64,000 nt of DNA from an uncultured Actinomycetes bacterium (GCA_963794605.1 CAWCEN010000003.1:113658-177657), one strand, 5' to 3'. Positions 45,232-54,855 are shown, numbered from the stretch's first letter. Notes: generated from the sequence alone by a model not told the origin. Numbers and translations: made by a program.

Positions 45232-45669
45232 TTGACGGATCTCTACGACAAGGAACGGACTCTGTACCGCGAGGTCTCCTCGCGCGTCGAGCGCAGCCTG
45301 CCCGGAGTCGAGGTCCTTGCGCTCGAGCTCTCCGGCCCGGAGCGGATGACGGTCTTCGTCGACCATCCGCAGGGCGTTGACCACGGGCTCTGCGAGCGCG
45401 TCACCGACGTCCTGCGCGACTACCTGAAGACCTACGCGATCGACGTCTCGTCGCCGGGCACCGAGCCGCCGCTCAGACGCCGTCCGCACTTCGAGCGTGC
45501 TGTCGGGCACACGGTCGCGGTCCGTACCGCTGACCGGAAGCGCGTCCGTGGCCGACTCGTCGACGCCGGCGAGCGCACGCTTCGCGTAGAGACCGGCAAA
45601 GGCGAGCCCGTGGAAATCCCGTACGACTCGATCGTGCGAGGCAACCTGATCGAGGAGGTAGCGAGATGA
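45232..45669 (+). CDS. rimP: ribosome maturation factor RimP
   Basis: TTG start after GAGAGGG. 'VEVLALELSGPERMTVFVDHPQGVDHGLCERVT', 'VSSPG'. Confidence 0.85.
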   Translation: MTDLYDKERTLYREVSSRVERSLPGVEVLALELSGPERMTVFVDHPQGVDHGLCERVTDVLRDYLKTYAIDVSSPGTEPPLRRRPHFERAVGHTVAVRTADRKRVRGRLVDAGERTLRVETGKGEPVEIPYDSIVRGNLIEEVAR

Positions 45670-47222
45670 GCAGAGAGATCATCGAGGCGGTTCGCGTCAT
45701 CGAGAAGGAGAAGGGGATCGAGGGCGAGACCCTGATCCACGCACTCGAGGACGCGCTCCTCGCCGCCTACAAGAAGACTCCAGGCGCCACGCGCCACGCG
45801 ACGGTCGAGCTCGACAACGAAGGCGACTTCCGCGTCTACTCGATCGAGCTGCCCTCGGACATCGAGGAGCGCCTGATCGAAGAGGCAAGGGAACGCACGC
45901 TGACGGAGCTCGAGGCGCTCGAGGCCGAGAACGGCGAGCGCTCGCACACGCTGATCAACGACGAGGACCTCGACATCGACTGGTCCGACGTGCCCGAGGA
46001 CCAGGTCAAGCGCGAGGACGTGACGCCGCACGACTTCGGGCGCATCGCCGCGCAGACCGCGAAGCAGGTCATCCTGCAGCGGATCCGCGAGGCCGAGCGC
46101 GAGATGATGTACGACGAGTACGTCGACCGCGTGACCGAGGTCGTGACCGGCATCGTGCAGCAGGCGGGCGACCGCAACAACGTGCTGGTCGACCTCGGCA
46201 AGGTCGAGGCGCTGCTCCCTCGCTCCGAGCAGGTCGACGGCGAGCGCTACGAGCAGGGCAGCCGGATCAAGGCCGTCATCACCGAGGTCCGCTCCGGGAC
46301 GAAGGGGCCGCAGGTCATCCTGTCGCGGCGCGATCCCGAGCTGATACGCACGCTGTTCGAGATCGAGGTGCCCGAGATCGCGGACGGCCTCGTCGAGATC
46401 CGCGGTGTCGCCCGCGAACCGGGCTACCGCTCCAAGATCGCCGTCGAGTCGCACGCCCAGGGCGTCGATCCGGTCGGCGCGTGCGTCGGGCCGCGAGGCT
46501 CGCGCGTGCGCATGGTCGTCTCCGAGCTGCGCGGCGAGAAGATCGACATCATCCCGTGGAACACCGAGCCTGCGCGCTTCATCGCGAAGGCGCTCTCGCC
46601 CGCGCGCGTGCGCGAAGTGCTCGTCGACGACGTCACGAAAGAGGCGACGGTGATCGTCCCCGAGGACCAGCTCGCGCTGGCGATCGGCAAGGAGGGCTTG
46701 AACGCCCGTCTGGCCGCGCGCCTGACCGGGTGGAAGGTCGATATCCAGTCCGACGCCGAGTACGCCCAGGCCGAGGCCGAGGCCGCGTTCGCAGGCGGCG
46801 ACTCGGGCGAGGAGTTCTCCGGCCGCTGCATTGCGATCCTCGCGAACGGCAAGCGCTGCCCCAACGCCGCGATCCCCGGCTCTCGCTTCTGCGGGATCGC
46901 CGCACACCGCGAGCTCGCCGAGCGCGAGGCCGCCGGCGAGGAGCTCGAGGCGTCCCAGGTGGTCGGCGGCGTCAGCGACGAGGAAGAAGCTCCCGCCGAG
47001 GAAGTCGCAGGCGAAGAGGCCGACGCCGGAGCCGAGCCGCAGGAGACGCAGCCCGTCGCCGAAGCGGAAGCCGAGCCAGCGGCGGAGGGGGTCTCGGGGG
47101 AACCGGGGGGTTCCCCCGGCGACAGAGATCCGGTTGAGCCGCAGGAAGCTCCCGTGGAGCCCGATGTGCCCGTGGCGGTCGAGGAGACCGCCTCCGAAGG
47201 AGAGACACCTTCGACCGCGTGA
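45666..47222 (+). CDS. nusA: transcription termination/antitermination factor NusA with long C-terminal extension
   Basis: ATGA overlap with rimP. S1 and KH motifs 'GACVGPRGSRV' and 'AIGKEGLNARLA'. The extra ~150 aa carry a Cys cluster and an acidic tail. Confidence 0.95.
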   Translation: MSREIIEAVRVIEKEKGIEGETLIHALEDALLAAYKKTPGATRHATVELDNEGDFRVYSIELPSDIEERLIEEARERTLTELEALEAENGERSHTLINDEDLDIDWSDVPEDQVKREDVTPHDFGRIAAQTAKQVILQRIREAEREMMYDEYVDRVTEVVTGIVQQAGDRNNVLVDLGKVEALLPRSEQVDGERYEQGSRIKAVITEVRSGTKGPQVILSRRDPELIRTLFEIEVPEIADGLVEIRGVAREPGYRSKIAVESHAQGVDPVGACVGPRGSRVRMVVSELRGEKIDIIPWNTEPARFIAKALSPARVREVLVDDVTKEATVIVPEDQLALAIGKEGLNARLAARLTGWKVDIQSDAEYAQAEAEAAFAGGDSGEEFSGRCIAILANGKRCPNAAIPGSRFCGIAAHRELAEREAAGEELEASQVVGGVSDEEEAPAEEVAGEEADAGAEPQETQPVAEAEAEPAAEGVSGEPGGSPGDRDPVEPQEAPVEPDVPVAVEETASEGETPSTA

Positions 47223-47476
47223 GCCCGGCGCCGATCCGGACCTGTGCCGGGTGTGGTCGCAAGGCGCCTCGGGAAGAGCTGATTCGCTTCGTCGCCCAGG
47301 ACGGCCGGTTGACGCCTGGCCCGTATGAGCCTGGCCGAGGCGTGTACACGTGCCGGAGGCTGCCGTGCTTCGAGCGCGCGCTCGCCAACCGCGGCTTTGC
47401 CCGCACGTTGAAGACTCCCGTCCGGGTCGATCAAGAGCTCGCCGCTCTCTACACTAGTGGGGACAGAAATGGCTGA
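47219..47476 (+). CDS. ylxR: YlxR/DUF448 family RNA-binding protein
   Basis: GTGA overlap with the nusA stop. 'IRTCAGCGRKAPREELIRF', 'GRGVYTC'. Confidence 0.85.
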   Translation: MSPAPIRTCAGCGRKAPREELIRFVAQDGRLTPGPYEPGRGVYTCRRLPCFERALANRGFARTLKTPVRVDQELAALYTSGDRNG

Positions 47477-49448
47477 TTCACAGGGAAACTCGAAGGGAAA
47501 CCGGCCGAACAGGCCCGTCCGTCCGCGCCAGGCGCCGGGTGGGCGCAAGCGCCGCGTCGTCATCGACCAAGGCGCAGCGCGGCCGCGCCAGGACTCACGT
47601 CAGTCTCGTGAGCGCACCGAGCAACGACCGAAATCGCAGCCGGGGCCGCAGCCGACTGGCCCGGTCACGGTTCCTTCTGGCGTGTCCGTCAAGGACCTGT
47701 CGCAGGCGCTCGGTGTCCCGGCGGCTCAGATCATCAAGATCATGATGGGCCTCGGCGAGATGGTGACGATCACGCAGTCACTCTCGGACGAGGCCGTGCA
47801 GCTGATCGCGACCGAGGTCAAGCGCGACGTGACGATCAAGCATGTCGCCGACGAAGACGAGCTTCCGGAGGTCTTCGAAGACGCTCCCGAGGACCTCGTC
47901 GACCGGCCGCCGGTGGTCACGATCATGGGCCACGTCGACCACGGGAAGACGACGCTCCTGGACGCGATCCGCGAGTCGTCGGTCGTCGAGACCGAGGCCG
48001 GCGGGATCACGCAGCACATCGGCGCGTACCAGGTCGAGCACGACGGGCGCAGGATCACGTTCCTCGACACGCCGGGCCACGAGGCCTTCACGGCCATGCG
48101 CGCGCGCGGAGCCGAGGTGACGGACATCGCCGTGCTCGTGGTCGCGGCCGATGACGGCGTGAAGCCGCAGACGCAGGAGTCGATCGCCCACGCTCGTGCG
48201 GCCGAGGTTCCGATCGTCGTCGCCGTGAACAAGATCGACCGGCCAGACGCGGATCCCCAGCGCGTCCGACAGGAGCTCTCCAACGAGGATCTCCAGCCCG
48301 AGGAGTGGGGCGGCTCGACGCAGTACTCGGACGTTTCGGCCCGGGAGAAGCAGAACCTCGACGACCTGCTCGAGAAGGTGCTGCTCGTCGCGGACGCCGA
48401 GCTCGAGTTGAAGGCGAACCCGACCGCTGAGGCCTCGGGCCCGATCATCGAGTCGCGCCTCGACGTCGGCCGCGGCCCGGTCGCGACCATGCTCGTCCAG
48501 CGCGGCACGCTCCACGTCGGCGACCCGATCGTCGCCGGCGACGCCTGGGGCAAGGTGCGCGCCCTCCACACGTACCGTGGCGAGAAGGTCGACGAGGCGC
48601 GTCCGGGCGATCCGATCGAGATCATCGGCTTCGACCAGCCGCCGGCGGCCGGCGACCATGCGCGGGTCGTCGAGAACGACCGCCAGGCGCGGCACCTCGC
48701 GCAGGTGCGCGGCGAGCGCGTGCGGCGCGAGCAGCTGGCACAGCGGCGTCCGTCCGGTGTCTCGCTGGACACGCTCTTCTCGCAGATGCAGGAAGGCGCG
48801 GTCCAGGACCTGAACCTCGTGATCAAGGCCGACGTGGACGGCTCCGTCGAGGCCGCGGTCTCCGAGCTCCAGAAGATCCAGCACCCCGAAGTGCGCGTGA
48901 ACGTGATCCACACGGGCGTCGGCGGCATCTCCGAGAACGACGTCATGCTCGCGACGGCGTCGAACGCGATGATCGTCGGCTTCAACGTGCGGCCGAACGC
49001 CGAGGCGCGGGCGCTGGCCGAGCGCGAGGGCGTCGAGATCCGCACGTACAACGTGATCTATCGGCTGACCGAGGACATCGAGCAGGCGCTCGTCGGGATG
49101 CTGAAGCCGGTCACGACCGAGGAGACGCTCGGCGAGGCCGAGGTGCGCGCGCTGTTCCGTGTCTCTCGTCTCGGGACGATCGCGGGCTCGTACGTCACGA
49201 GCGGCGTCGTGCGCCGGAACGCGAAGGTGCGCGTCGTCCGCGACGGGACTGTCATCTACGACACGACGATCTCGCAGCTGAAGCGCTTCAAGGACGACGT
49301 CCGCGAGGTGGAGGAGGGCTTCGAGTGCGGCATCCTCCTCGACGGCTTCAACGACGTGAAGGAAGGCGATGTGCTCGAGGTCTACGAGGTGCGCGAGGTC
49401 GAGCGCACCGACCTGAACGCTCCGGCCGCGACTCCCGCAGCGACCTGA
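47469..49448 (+). CDS. infB: translation initiation factor IF-2
   Basis: ATG 47469 (ATGGCTGA overlap with ylxR). G domain 'IMGHVDHGKTTLLD', 'DTPGHEAF', 'NKID'. Confidence 0.95.
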   Translation: MADSQGNSKGNRPNRPVRPRQAPGGRKRRVVIDQGAARPRQDSRQSRERTEQRPKSQPGPQPTGPVTVPSGVSVKDLSQALGVPAAQIIKIMMGLGEMVTITQSLSDEAVQLIATEVKRDVTIKHVADEDELPEVFEDAPEDLVDRPPVVTIMGHVDHGKTTLLDAIRESSVVETEAGGITQHIGAYQVEHDGRRITFLDTPGHEAFTAMRARGAEVTDIAVLVVAADDGVKPQTQESIAHARAAEVPIVVAVNKIDRPDADPQRVRQELSNEDLQPEEWGGSTQYSDVSAREKQNLDDLLEKVLLVADAELELKANPTAEASGPIIESRLDVGRGPVATMLVQRGTLHVGDPIVAGDAWGKVRALHTYRGEKVDEARPGDPIEIIGFDQPPAAGDHARVVENDRQARHLAQVRGERVRREQLAQRRPSGVSLDTLFSQMQEGAVQDLNLVIKADVDGSVEAAVSELQKIQHPEVRVNVIHTGVGGISENDVMLATASNAMIVGFNVRPNAEARALAEREGVEIRTYNVIYRLTEDIEQALVGMLKPVTTEETLGEAEVRALFRVSRLGTIAGSYVTSGVVRRNAKVRVVRDGTVIYDTTISQLKRFKDDVREVEEGFECGILLDGFNDVKEGDVLEVYEVREVERTDLNAPAATPAAT

Positions 49449-49744
49449 GCACCGGCTACGTCGGAATCCTCACCGTCGAGCTCCATTTCCCGGAGGCGGG
49501 GTCGCTGAAGGGCAAGCGAAAGTACGTGAAGTCGGCGAAGGCGCAGCTCCAGAACCGCTTCGGCGCGTCGGTGGCGGAGGTCGACCACCACGAGAAATGG
49601 CAGCGGGCGCGCCTGACGGTCGCCTGCGTCACACGTGAGCACGGGGAGGCGGCGCGGCTGCTCGAGGAAGCGGTGCGCTACCTCAACGGCCAGGAGTACG
49701 AGCTCGTGTCTGCGGAGAAAGCAATCGTGCGGACCGATGACTGA
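49445..49744 (+). CDS. DUF503 (YlxP-like) protein; start codon unresolved (CTG 49445 proposed)
   Basis: 'VGILTVELHFPEAGSLKGKRKYVKSAKAQLQNRFGASVAEVDHHEKWQ' matches the DUF503 N-terminal consensus from its first strand. The nearest canonical in-frame start is 40 codons upstream, inside infB. Confidence 0.75.
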   Translation: MSTGYVGILTVELHFPEAGSLKGKRKYVKSAKAQLQNRFGASVAEVDHHEKWQRARLTVACVTREHGEAARLLEEAVRYLNGQEYELVSAEKAIVRTDD

Positions 49745-50087
49745 GCGCATGCGACGCGTGAACGAGGCGATTCGGGAGACGCTTGCGGAGGCGATCGGCG
49801 AGCTCAAGGACCCGCGAATCGGGTTCGTGACCGTGACCGGCGTCGAGACGTCGCCCGACCTCCGCCAGGCGAAGGTCTTCGTCAGCGTCCTAGGCAACGA
49901 GCGCAAGCGGCAGAACACGCTGCAGGGGCTCGAGTCCGCTCACGGAGTGCTCCAGCTGCGGTTGGCAACCGAGCTCAGGATGAAGCGGACTCCGCTCTTG
50001 ACCTTCGAATACGATCCCACGGTCGCGGAAGGCGTCCGCATGTCCCAGTTGATAGATGAGCTCGCCCCAGACGACGACAACAGCTGA
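49737..50087 (+). CDS. rbfA: ribosome-binding factor A
   Basis: ATGACTGA overlap with the DUF503 stop. 'RMRRVNEAIRETLAEAI..DPRIGFVTVTGVETSPDLRQAKVFVSV'. Confidence 0.9.
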   Translation: MTERMRRVNEAIRETLAEAIGELKDPRIGFVTVTGVETSPDLRQAKVFVSVLGNERKRQNTLQGLESAHGVLQLRLATELRMKRTPLLTFEYDPTVAEGVRMSQLIDELAPDDDNS

Positions 50088-51066
50088 GCTGCAGGCGGTC
50101 GCGGACGCGATCCGGTCGCACGACCGCTTCCTCGTCACGACGCACGAGAACCCCGATGGAGACGCGCTCGGGTCGCTGCTCGCGACGAAGCTGGCCCTCG
50201 ACCAGCTGGGCAAGGACTCGGTCATGTACCTGGCCGGCGAAGCGCCGCTGCCGCGCGAGTACTCGTGGATGCCGCTCGACGATCTGCGCCGCTCGCTGCC
50301 CGACGACGCGGCCTCGCGCGTTCTGCTCGCGCTCGACTGTGCGAACGAGAGCCGCCTCGGGCCCGACCCGGAGGTGCTGCACAGCGCGCCGCTCGTCGTC
50401 AACGTCGACCACCATCACGACAACTCGCGTTTCGGCGCGGTCAACCTCGTCGTCGCCGACGCGTCGTCGACCGGCGAGATCGTGCGCGACCTGCTGGACG
50501 AGCTCGGCGTGGAGCTGACGCCCGAGATCGCGGAAGCGCTCTACATCGCGCTCGTCACGGACACCGGCCGCTTCCAGTACACGAACACGACGCCCAAGGC
50601 GCTGCGGCTCGCCGCGGAGCTCGTCGAGGCCGGCGCCGACGTGCACAAGATCTTCCAGGGCGTCTACGAGAGCGTCCAGTTCGCGAAGCTGAAGCTTCTG
50701 GCGCGGGCACTCGAGCGCGCGGAGGTCTACGAGGGCGGCCGGCTCGTGATCTCGTACCTCCTGCGCGGCGACTTCGCCGAAGTGGGTGCGGCCGAGCCGT
50801 ACTCGGAGGGGATCATCGACTACCTGCGTGCCGTCGAGGGCGCGGACATGGCGGCGCTGATCCGCGAGCCTCCGCGCGGCGACGCGCCTGCCAGGCGGGT
50901 GAGCCTGCGCGCGTCTGCGGACGAGCTCGACGTCTCGAAGATCGCACGGGCGTCGGGAGCGGGGGGCGGGCACCGCCAGGCGGCCGGGTTCTCGAGCAAC
51001 GACTCGATCGAACAGATCACCGAGTTCATCCGCCGCGAGTTCGCCGCCGCTCGGAATGGGTCGTAA
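50056..51066 (+). CDS. nrnA: DHH-family phosphoesterase (NrnA-type oligoribonuclease/pAp phosphatase)
   Basis: 'THENPDGDALGS', 'NVDHH', 'DTGRFQY', 'GGGHRQAAG'. Confidence 0.85.
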   Translation: MSSPQTTTTAELQAVADAIRSHDRFLVTTHENPDGDALGSLLATKLALDQLGKDSVMYLAGEAPLPREYSWMPLDDLRRSLPDDAASRVLLALDCANESRLGPDPEVLHSAPLVVNVDHHHDNSRFGAVNLVVADASSTGEIVRDLLDELGVELTPEIAEALYIALVTDTGRFQYTNTTPKALRLAAELVEAGADVHKIFQGVYESVQFAKLKLLARALERAEVYEGGRLVISYLLRGDFAEVGAAEPYSEGIIDYLRAVEGADMAALIREPPRGDAPARRVSLRASADELDVSKIARASGAGGGHRQAAGFSSNDSIEQITEFIRREFAAARNGS

Positions 51067-51715
51067 GGGATCCCTCGAGCCGGCCGGGCTCGTCCTCTTC
51101 GACAAGCCGGCGGGCCCGTCGTCGTTCGCGATCGTCCGGCAGCTGCGCGAGCAGACCGGCGCGCGGGCGGGGCATGCGGGCACGCTCGACCCGTTCGCGA
51201 CCGGGCTGCTGCTCGTCCTGCTCGGAAGCTTCACGAAGGAGGCGCAGCGGTTCGTGGGTCTCGAGAAGCGCTACGAGACGGACGTCGACCTCTCCCGGAC
51301 GACGTCTACGGGGGATCCCGAGGGGGAGGTGCTCGACGAGCACGATCCTCCCTCGTTACTCGACCTCGAGGCGCAGCTCGACGCGCTCCGCGGCGAGGTC
51401 GATCTGAAGATCCCAGCCGCGTCCGCGGTCAAGATCGGCGGCGAGCGCGCGTACAAGCTCCACCGGCGCGGCGTGGCCGTCGAGATGCCGACGCGCAGGA
51501 CGACGGTCTACGAGCTCGAGCTCGAGGAATACGAAGAGCCGCTGGCGCGGTTGTCGATGCGCCTGAGCTCCGGGGGCTACGTGCGCGCGGTCGCCGAGGC
51601 GCTCGGCGGCCACTGCGTCGGTCTCCGGAGGACGCACGTCGGCCCGTTCGACGTCGCCGACGCTGACCTGGAGCGGATCCTCGCTCCGGCCGACGCACTC
51701 GCCCCGCTCGGATGA
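51056..51715 (+). CDS. truB: tRNA pseudouridine(55) synthase (short form, no PUA domain)
   Basis: 'GLVLFDKPAGPSSF', catalytic 'GHAGTLDPFATGLL', 'KRY'. Confidence 0.9.
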   Translation: MGRKGSLEPAGLVLFDKPAGPSSFAIVRQLREQTGARAGHAGTLDPFATGLLLVLLGSFTKEAQRFVGLEKRYETDVDLSRTTSTGDPEGEVLDEHDPPSLLDLEAQLDALRGEVDLKIPAASAVKIGGERAYKLHRRGVAVEMPTRRTTVYELELEEYEEPLARLSMRLSSGGYVRAVAEALGGHCVGLRRTHVGPFDVADADLERILAPADALAPLG

Positions 51716-52575
51716 AGGTCGCTCGGACACCGGCCGAGCTCGGCTCAGGGCCGCGCACAGCGGCGCTCGGCACGTTCGACGGCGTCCACCTCGGACACCG
51801 CCGCGTGATCGAGACGCTGCTCGACGCCGGGCCTGAGCCGACAGTCGTCACCTTCGACCCGCATCCGCGCACCGCGCTCGGCAACCGGGTGGATCTGCTG
51901 ATACCGCTGGAGCGCCGGCTCGAGCTCCTCGGCGAGCTCGGCGTGGAGGCGACGCTCGTCGTCGAGTTCACGCTCGACGTCGCCGGGCTCGAGCCGCAGG
52001 AGTTCGCGGACCAGTTCCTGCGCCCGATCGGCGCCGAGACCATCGTCGCGGGCGAGGACTTCCGCTTCGGTCGCGCCCGCCAGGGTGACCTCCCGCTCCT
52101 CGAACGCCTCGGCTTCGCCACCCGCCCGGTGCCCCTGCTCGAGAACGTCTCCTCGACCCGCATCCGGGAGCTCGCGCGTGCGGGTGACGTCCAGGGCGCC
52201 GCGGCGCTGCTCGGCCGTCCAGTCGAGGTCGAGGGCACTGTGGTCACCGGCGACGCCCGCGGAGGGACGCTCGGGTTCCCGACCGCGAACCTCGACGTTC
52301 GTCCCGAACTGCTCGTGCCGCTGAACGGGATCTACGCGGGCGCAGCCGGTGAGAGTCGCGCGGCTGTCTCGATCGGGACGAACCCGCACTACGGCGGCAG
52401 CGAGCGCCGCGTCGAGGCGTTCCTGCTCGACTTCGAGGGCGATCTCTACGGCGAGCGGCTGATCGTCGAGCTCTGGGAACGCCTGCGGGACGAGCAGTCA
52501 TTCGAGAGCGAGCAGGCGCTGATCGACCAGATCGCAGGCGACGTCGAGCGCACCCGCGCCGCGACTCGTCCCTGA
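51712..52575 (+). CDS. ribF: bifunctional riboflavin kinase / FMN adenylyltransferase
   Basis: ATGA overlap with truB. 'GTFDGVHLGHR', 'GFPTANL', 'PHYGG', 'EAFLLDFEGDLYG'. Confidence 0.95.
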   Translation: MKVARTPAELGSGPRTAALGTFDGVHLGHRRVIETLLDAGPEPTVVTFDPHPRTALGNRVDLLIPLERRLELLGELGVEATLVVEFTLDVAGLEPQEFADQFLRPIGAETIVAGEDFRFGRARQGDLPLLERLGFATRPVPLLENVSSTRIRELARAGDVQGAAALLGRPVEVEGTVVTGDARGGTLGFPTANLDVRPELLVPLNGIYAGAAGESRAAVSIGTNPHYGGSERRVEAFLLDFEGDLYGERLIVELWERLRDEQSFESEQALIDQIAGDVERTRAATRP

Positions 52576-52576
52576 C

Positions 52577-53959
52577 TCACACGATCCGGGCGGCGCCGTT
52601 CCGTCGCGGGTCGGCTGCGGCGATCGTCCGCGTGACGACGCTCACACCGCCGAAGAAGTGGTGGCGCGAGTCCCACTGCCGAACCTCGAAGCCTGCCGAC
52701 TCGATTGCGGCAACGGTCGCCGGACCGAACCCGGGCTCGAGGTGGACGATCGCGCCCGCGGGATGGACGCGTGGGCGATCGACTGCCGCTTGCGGCTCGA
52801 GACCCTCGTCGAGGATGCCCGCGACGACCTCGAGCAGCGCGCTGCGCAGCCTCGTGCCGCCGGCAGCGCCGGCCGCGAGCACGACACCGTCCGAGTCGAG
52901 CACGAGCGTCGGCGCCATCATGCTCGCCATCCGGTCGCCCGGCCCGAGCCCTTCCGTGAACAGGTCGGCCTCCCCGAGCATGCTGTTCAGGTGCAGGTCG
53001 AGCCCGGGTACGAAGTCGCCCGAGCCGAGTCCCAGGCTCGTCGTCAGCGCACAGGCGTTGCCCTCGTCGTCGATCACTGAGACGTTCGTCGTTCCGTTCT
53101 GCATCGGAAGCTCGTCGCTCAGGGCGCCGACCAGCGCGAGAGCGCGCTCCGGCTCCTCGAGGCCACGCAGCTCGGGAAGGCGTGCCACGGCAGTAGGAAA
53201 GTCGGACAGTCCCGCGCGCGTGCGCAGCTCGTAGCCGCGGAACTCGAGCTCGACGGGATCGAACCAGTGAGCGTTGTACGACGTGAGATCGTCCGCGGTG
53301 ACAAGGCCGCCGCGTTCCTCCATCAGGTCGAGGAGCTCCCTCCCGATCGTCCCCTCGTACGCGCCCCGGGGCCCGTCCTCCGCGAGCGACTCGAGCGCTG
53401 CCACGAGCCCCGGCTGGCGCAAGAGGTCGCCCTCGCCGAGCAGCGAGCCGCCCGGCGAGTAGATCTCCGCGCCCTCGTTCATCGTCATCACCGGCTCGAG
53501 CATCCGCAGGCAGGCCGCATGCGCTGCCGGCATTGGAACAGCACCGCGTGCAAGGCGAAGCGCGGGCTCGACCAGCCGCGGCCAGGGCATTCGGCCGTGC
53601 TCGCTCCAAAGCGCGTCGAGCCCCGCAGGGACCCCTGGCACGCCGCACGAGCCGATGCCGACCGCGTAGTGCACGAGCTCCGTGCCGAACGGAACGTCCA
53701 GCTCCAGCAGCGCGACCTCACGCCGCTCGGCGCCGAGCCCGGGAACCGCCACGAAGCAGTCCAGGTTCCGCGCCTTGCCCGTCGCGGCGTCGAAGTAGAT
53801 GCCGTGCCCGCCCCCGAGCAGACCCGTCATCACCGTCTCCGCGACGCACGAGGCGAGGGTCGCGGCAACCGCGGCGTCGGCTGCGCTTCCGCCGTCCTCA
53901 AGGATTTCCGCGCCCGCGTCGGCAGTCGCGGGATGACCGGCGGCGATTCCCGCTCTCAT
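52577..53959 (-). CDS. gamma-glutamyltransferase family protein
   Basis: 'AAGHPATADAGAEILEDGGSAADAAVA' and the autoprocessing region 'NGTTNVSVIDDEGNA'. Start set at ATG 53959; the track GTG is 54025. Confidence 0.85.
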   Translation of the reverse strand: MRAGIAAGHPATADAGAEILEDGGSAADAAVAATLASCVAETVMTGLLGGGHGIYFDAATGKARNLDCFVAVPGLGAERREVALLELDVPFGTELVHYAVGIGSCGVPGVPAGLDALWSEHGRMPWPRLVEPALRLARGAVPMPAAHAACLRMLEPVMTMNEGAEIYSPGGSLLGEGDLLRQPGLVAALESLAEDGPRGAYEGTIGRELLDLMEERGGLVTADDLTSYNAHWFDPVELEFRGYELRTRAGLSDFPTAVARLPELRGLEEPERALALVGALSDELPMQNGTTNVSVIDDEGNACALTTSLGLGSGDFVPGLDLHLNSMLGEADLFTEGLGPGDRMASMMAPTLVLDSDGVVLAAGAAGGTRLRSALLEVVAGILDEGLEPQAAVDRPRVHPAGAIVHLEPGFGPATVAAIESAGFEVRQWDSRHHFFGGVSVVTRTIAAADPRRNGAARIV

Positions 53960-54062
53960 CAGGGAAGGGTAAGGGGCCGCCTGCGGCAACGGCCCCCCAC
54001 TATTACCTACCCAGGGAGCGACCACGCGAGACCTGCAAGGCAGCGTTCCCTATCCTGGATAG

Positions 54063-54494
54063 ATGCGCCCGGCCATCGTTCCCGCCGTCCTGCTCGCTGT
54101 CCTGACCGTGGCCGGGTGCGACGACTCGAAGAAGTCGTCCGTGTTCGACACCGCGGGCAAGTGCCCGCCGCCGGCTTCGAGGGCGTCCGCGGGCAACGCC
54201 CAGATCGACGCCAAGGCGCTCGGCGGACGGTACGCCAAGCGGATCGTGATCCGCGCCAAGGAAAAGTCGAACGGAGCTCCGGTGCACGGCAAGTTGACGA
54301 TTCGCGCCGAGATGGTCTGCCCGCACCTGATGCCGCTCTACACGAAGAAGCTCCGGGAAACCTCACCGGGCACCTACAAGACCGGCTACTCGCTGGTCAT
54401 GCCCGGGCAGTGGACGTTCTACGTCACGCTCCGCTCTAAGAACGGCGCCACGACGTCGACGTTCCCGGTCACGGTCAGGGCCCCGGGCGCCTAG
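54063..54494 (+). CDS. lipoprotein (possible YtkA/FixH-like beta-sandwich)
   Basis: Lipobox 'LTVAGCDD'. The C-terminal '[21 protein letters not shown]' resembles YtkA-like domains (weak). Confidence 0.6.
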   Translation: MRPAIVPAVLLAVLTVAGCDDSKKSSVFDTAGKCPPPASRASAGNAQIDAKALGGRYAKRIVIRAKEKSNGAPVHGKLTIRAEMVCPHLMPLYTKKLRETSPGTYKTGYSLVMPGQWTFYVTLRSKNGATTSTFPVTVRAPGA

Positions 54495-54513
54495 TTGCTA
54501 CCCTACGAGCCGA

Positions 54514-54562
54514 CCGCAATCTCGGCCGTGCGCGGCGCTTCCCGCGGCAGCTTGGATTGCGG
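54514..54562 (+). promoter_or_regulatory. rpsO 5' leader hairpin
   Basis: 'ccgcaatc' 54514-54521 pairs with 'gattgcgg' 54555-54562, with an inner GC-rich helix. It lies 24 nt upstream of the TTG start and AAGGAG SD. Confidence 0.4.
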
Positions 54563-54585
54563 AAGTCGCACATAAGGAGACCTGT

Positions 54586-54855
54586 TTGACCCTGACCAAG
54601 GAAGCAAAGCTGGAGATCATCGAGCGCCACGGCAGCTCGCAGACCGACACGGGCTCGCCCCACGTCCAGATCGCGCTCCTCACGCGGCGCATCAACGAGC
54701 TCACGGAGCACCTCCGGGCGCATCCGACGGACCACCACTCGCGGCGCGGCCTGCTCAAGCTGGTCGGGCGCCGCAGGCGATTTTTGAATTACCTCCAGAA
54801 GAAGGACGTGGAGGCGTATCGGGAACTGATCAAGGAGCTGGGCCTCAGGCGATAG
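54586..54855 (+). CDS. rpsO: 30S ribosomal protein S15
   Basis: TTG start after AAGGAG. '[43 protein letters not shown]'. Confidence 0.95.
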   Translation: MTLTKEAKLEIIERHGSSQTDTGSPHVQIALLTRRINELTEHLRAHPTDHHSRRGLLKLVGRRRRFLNYLQKKDVEAYRELIKELGLRR

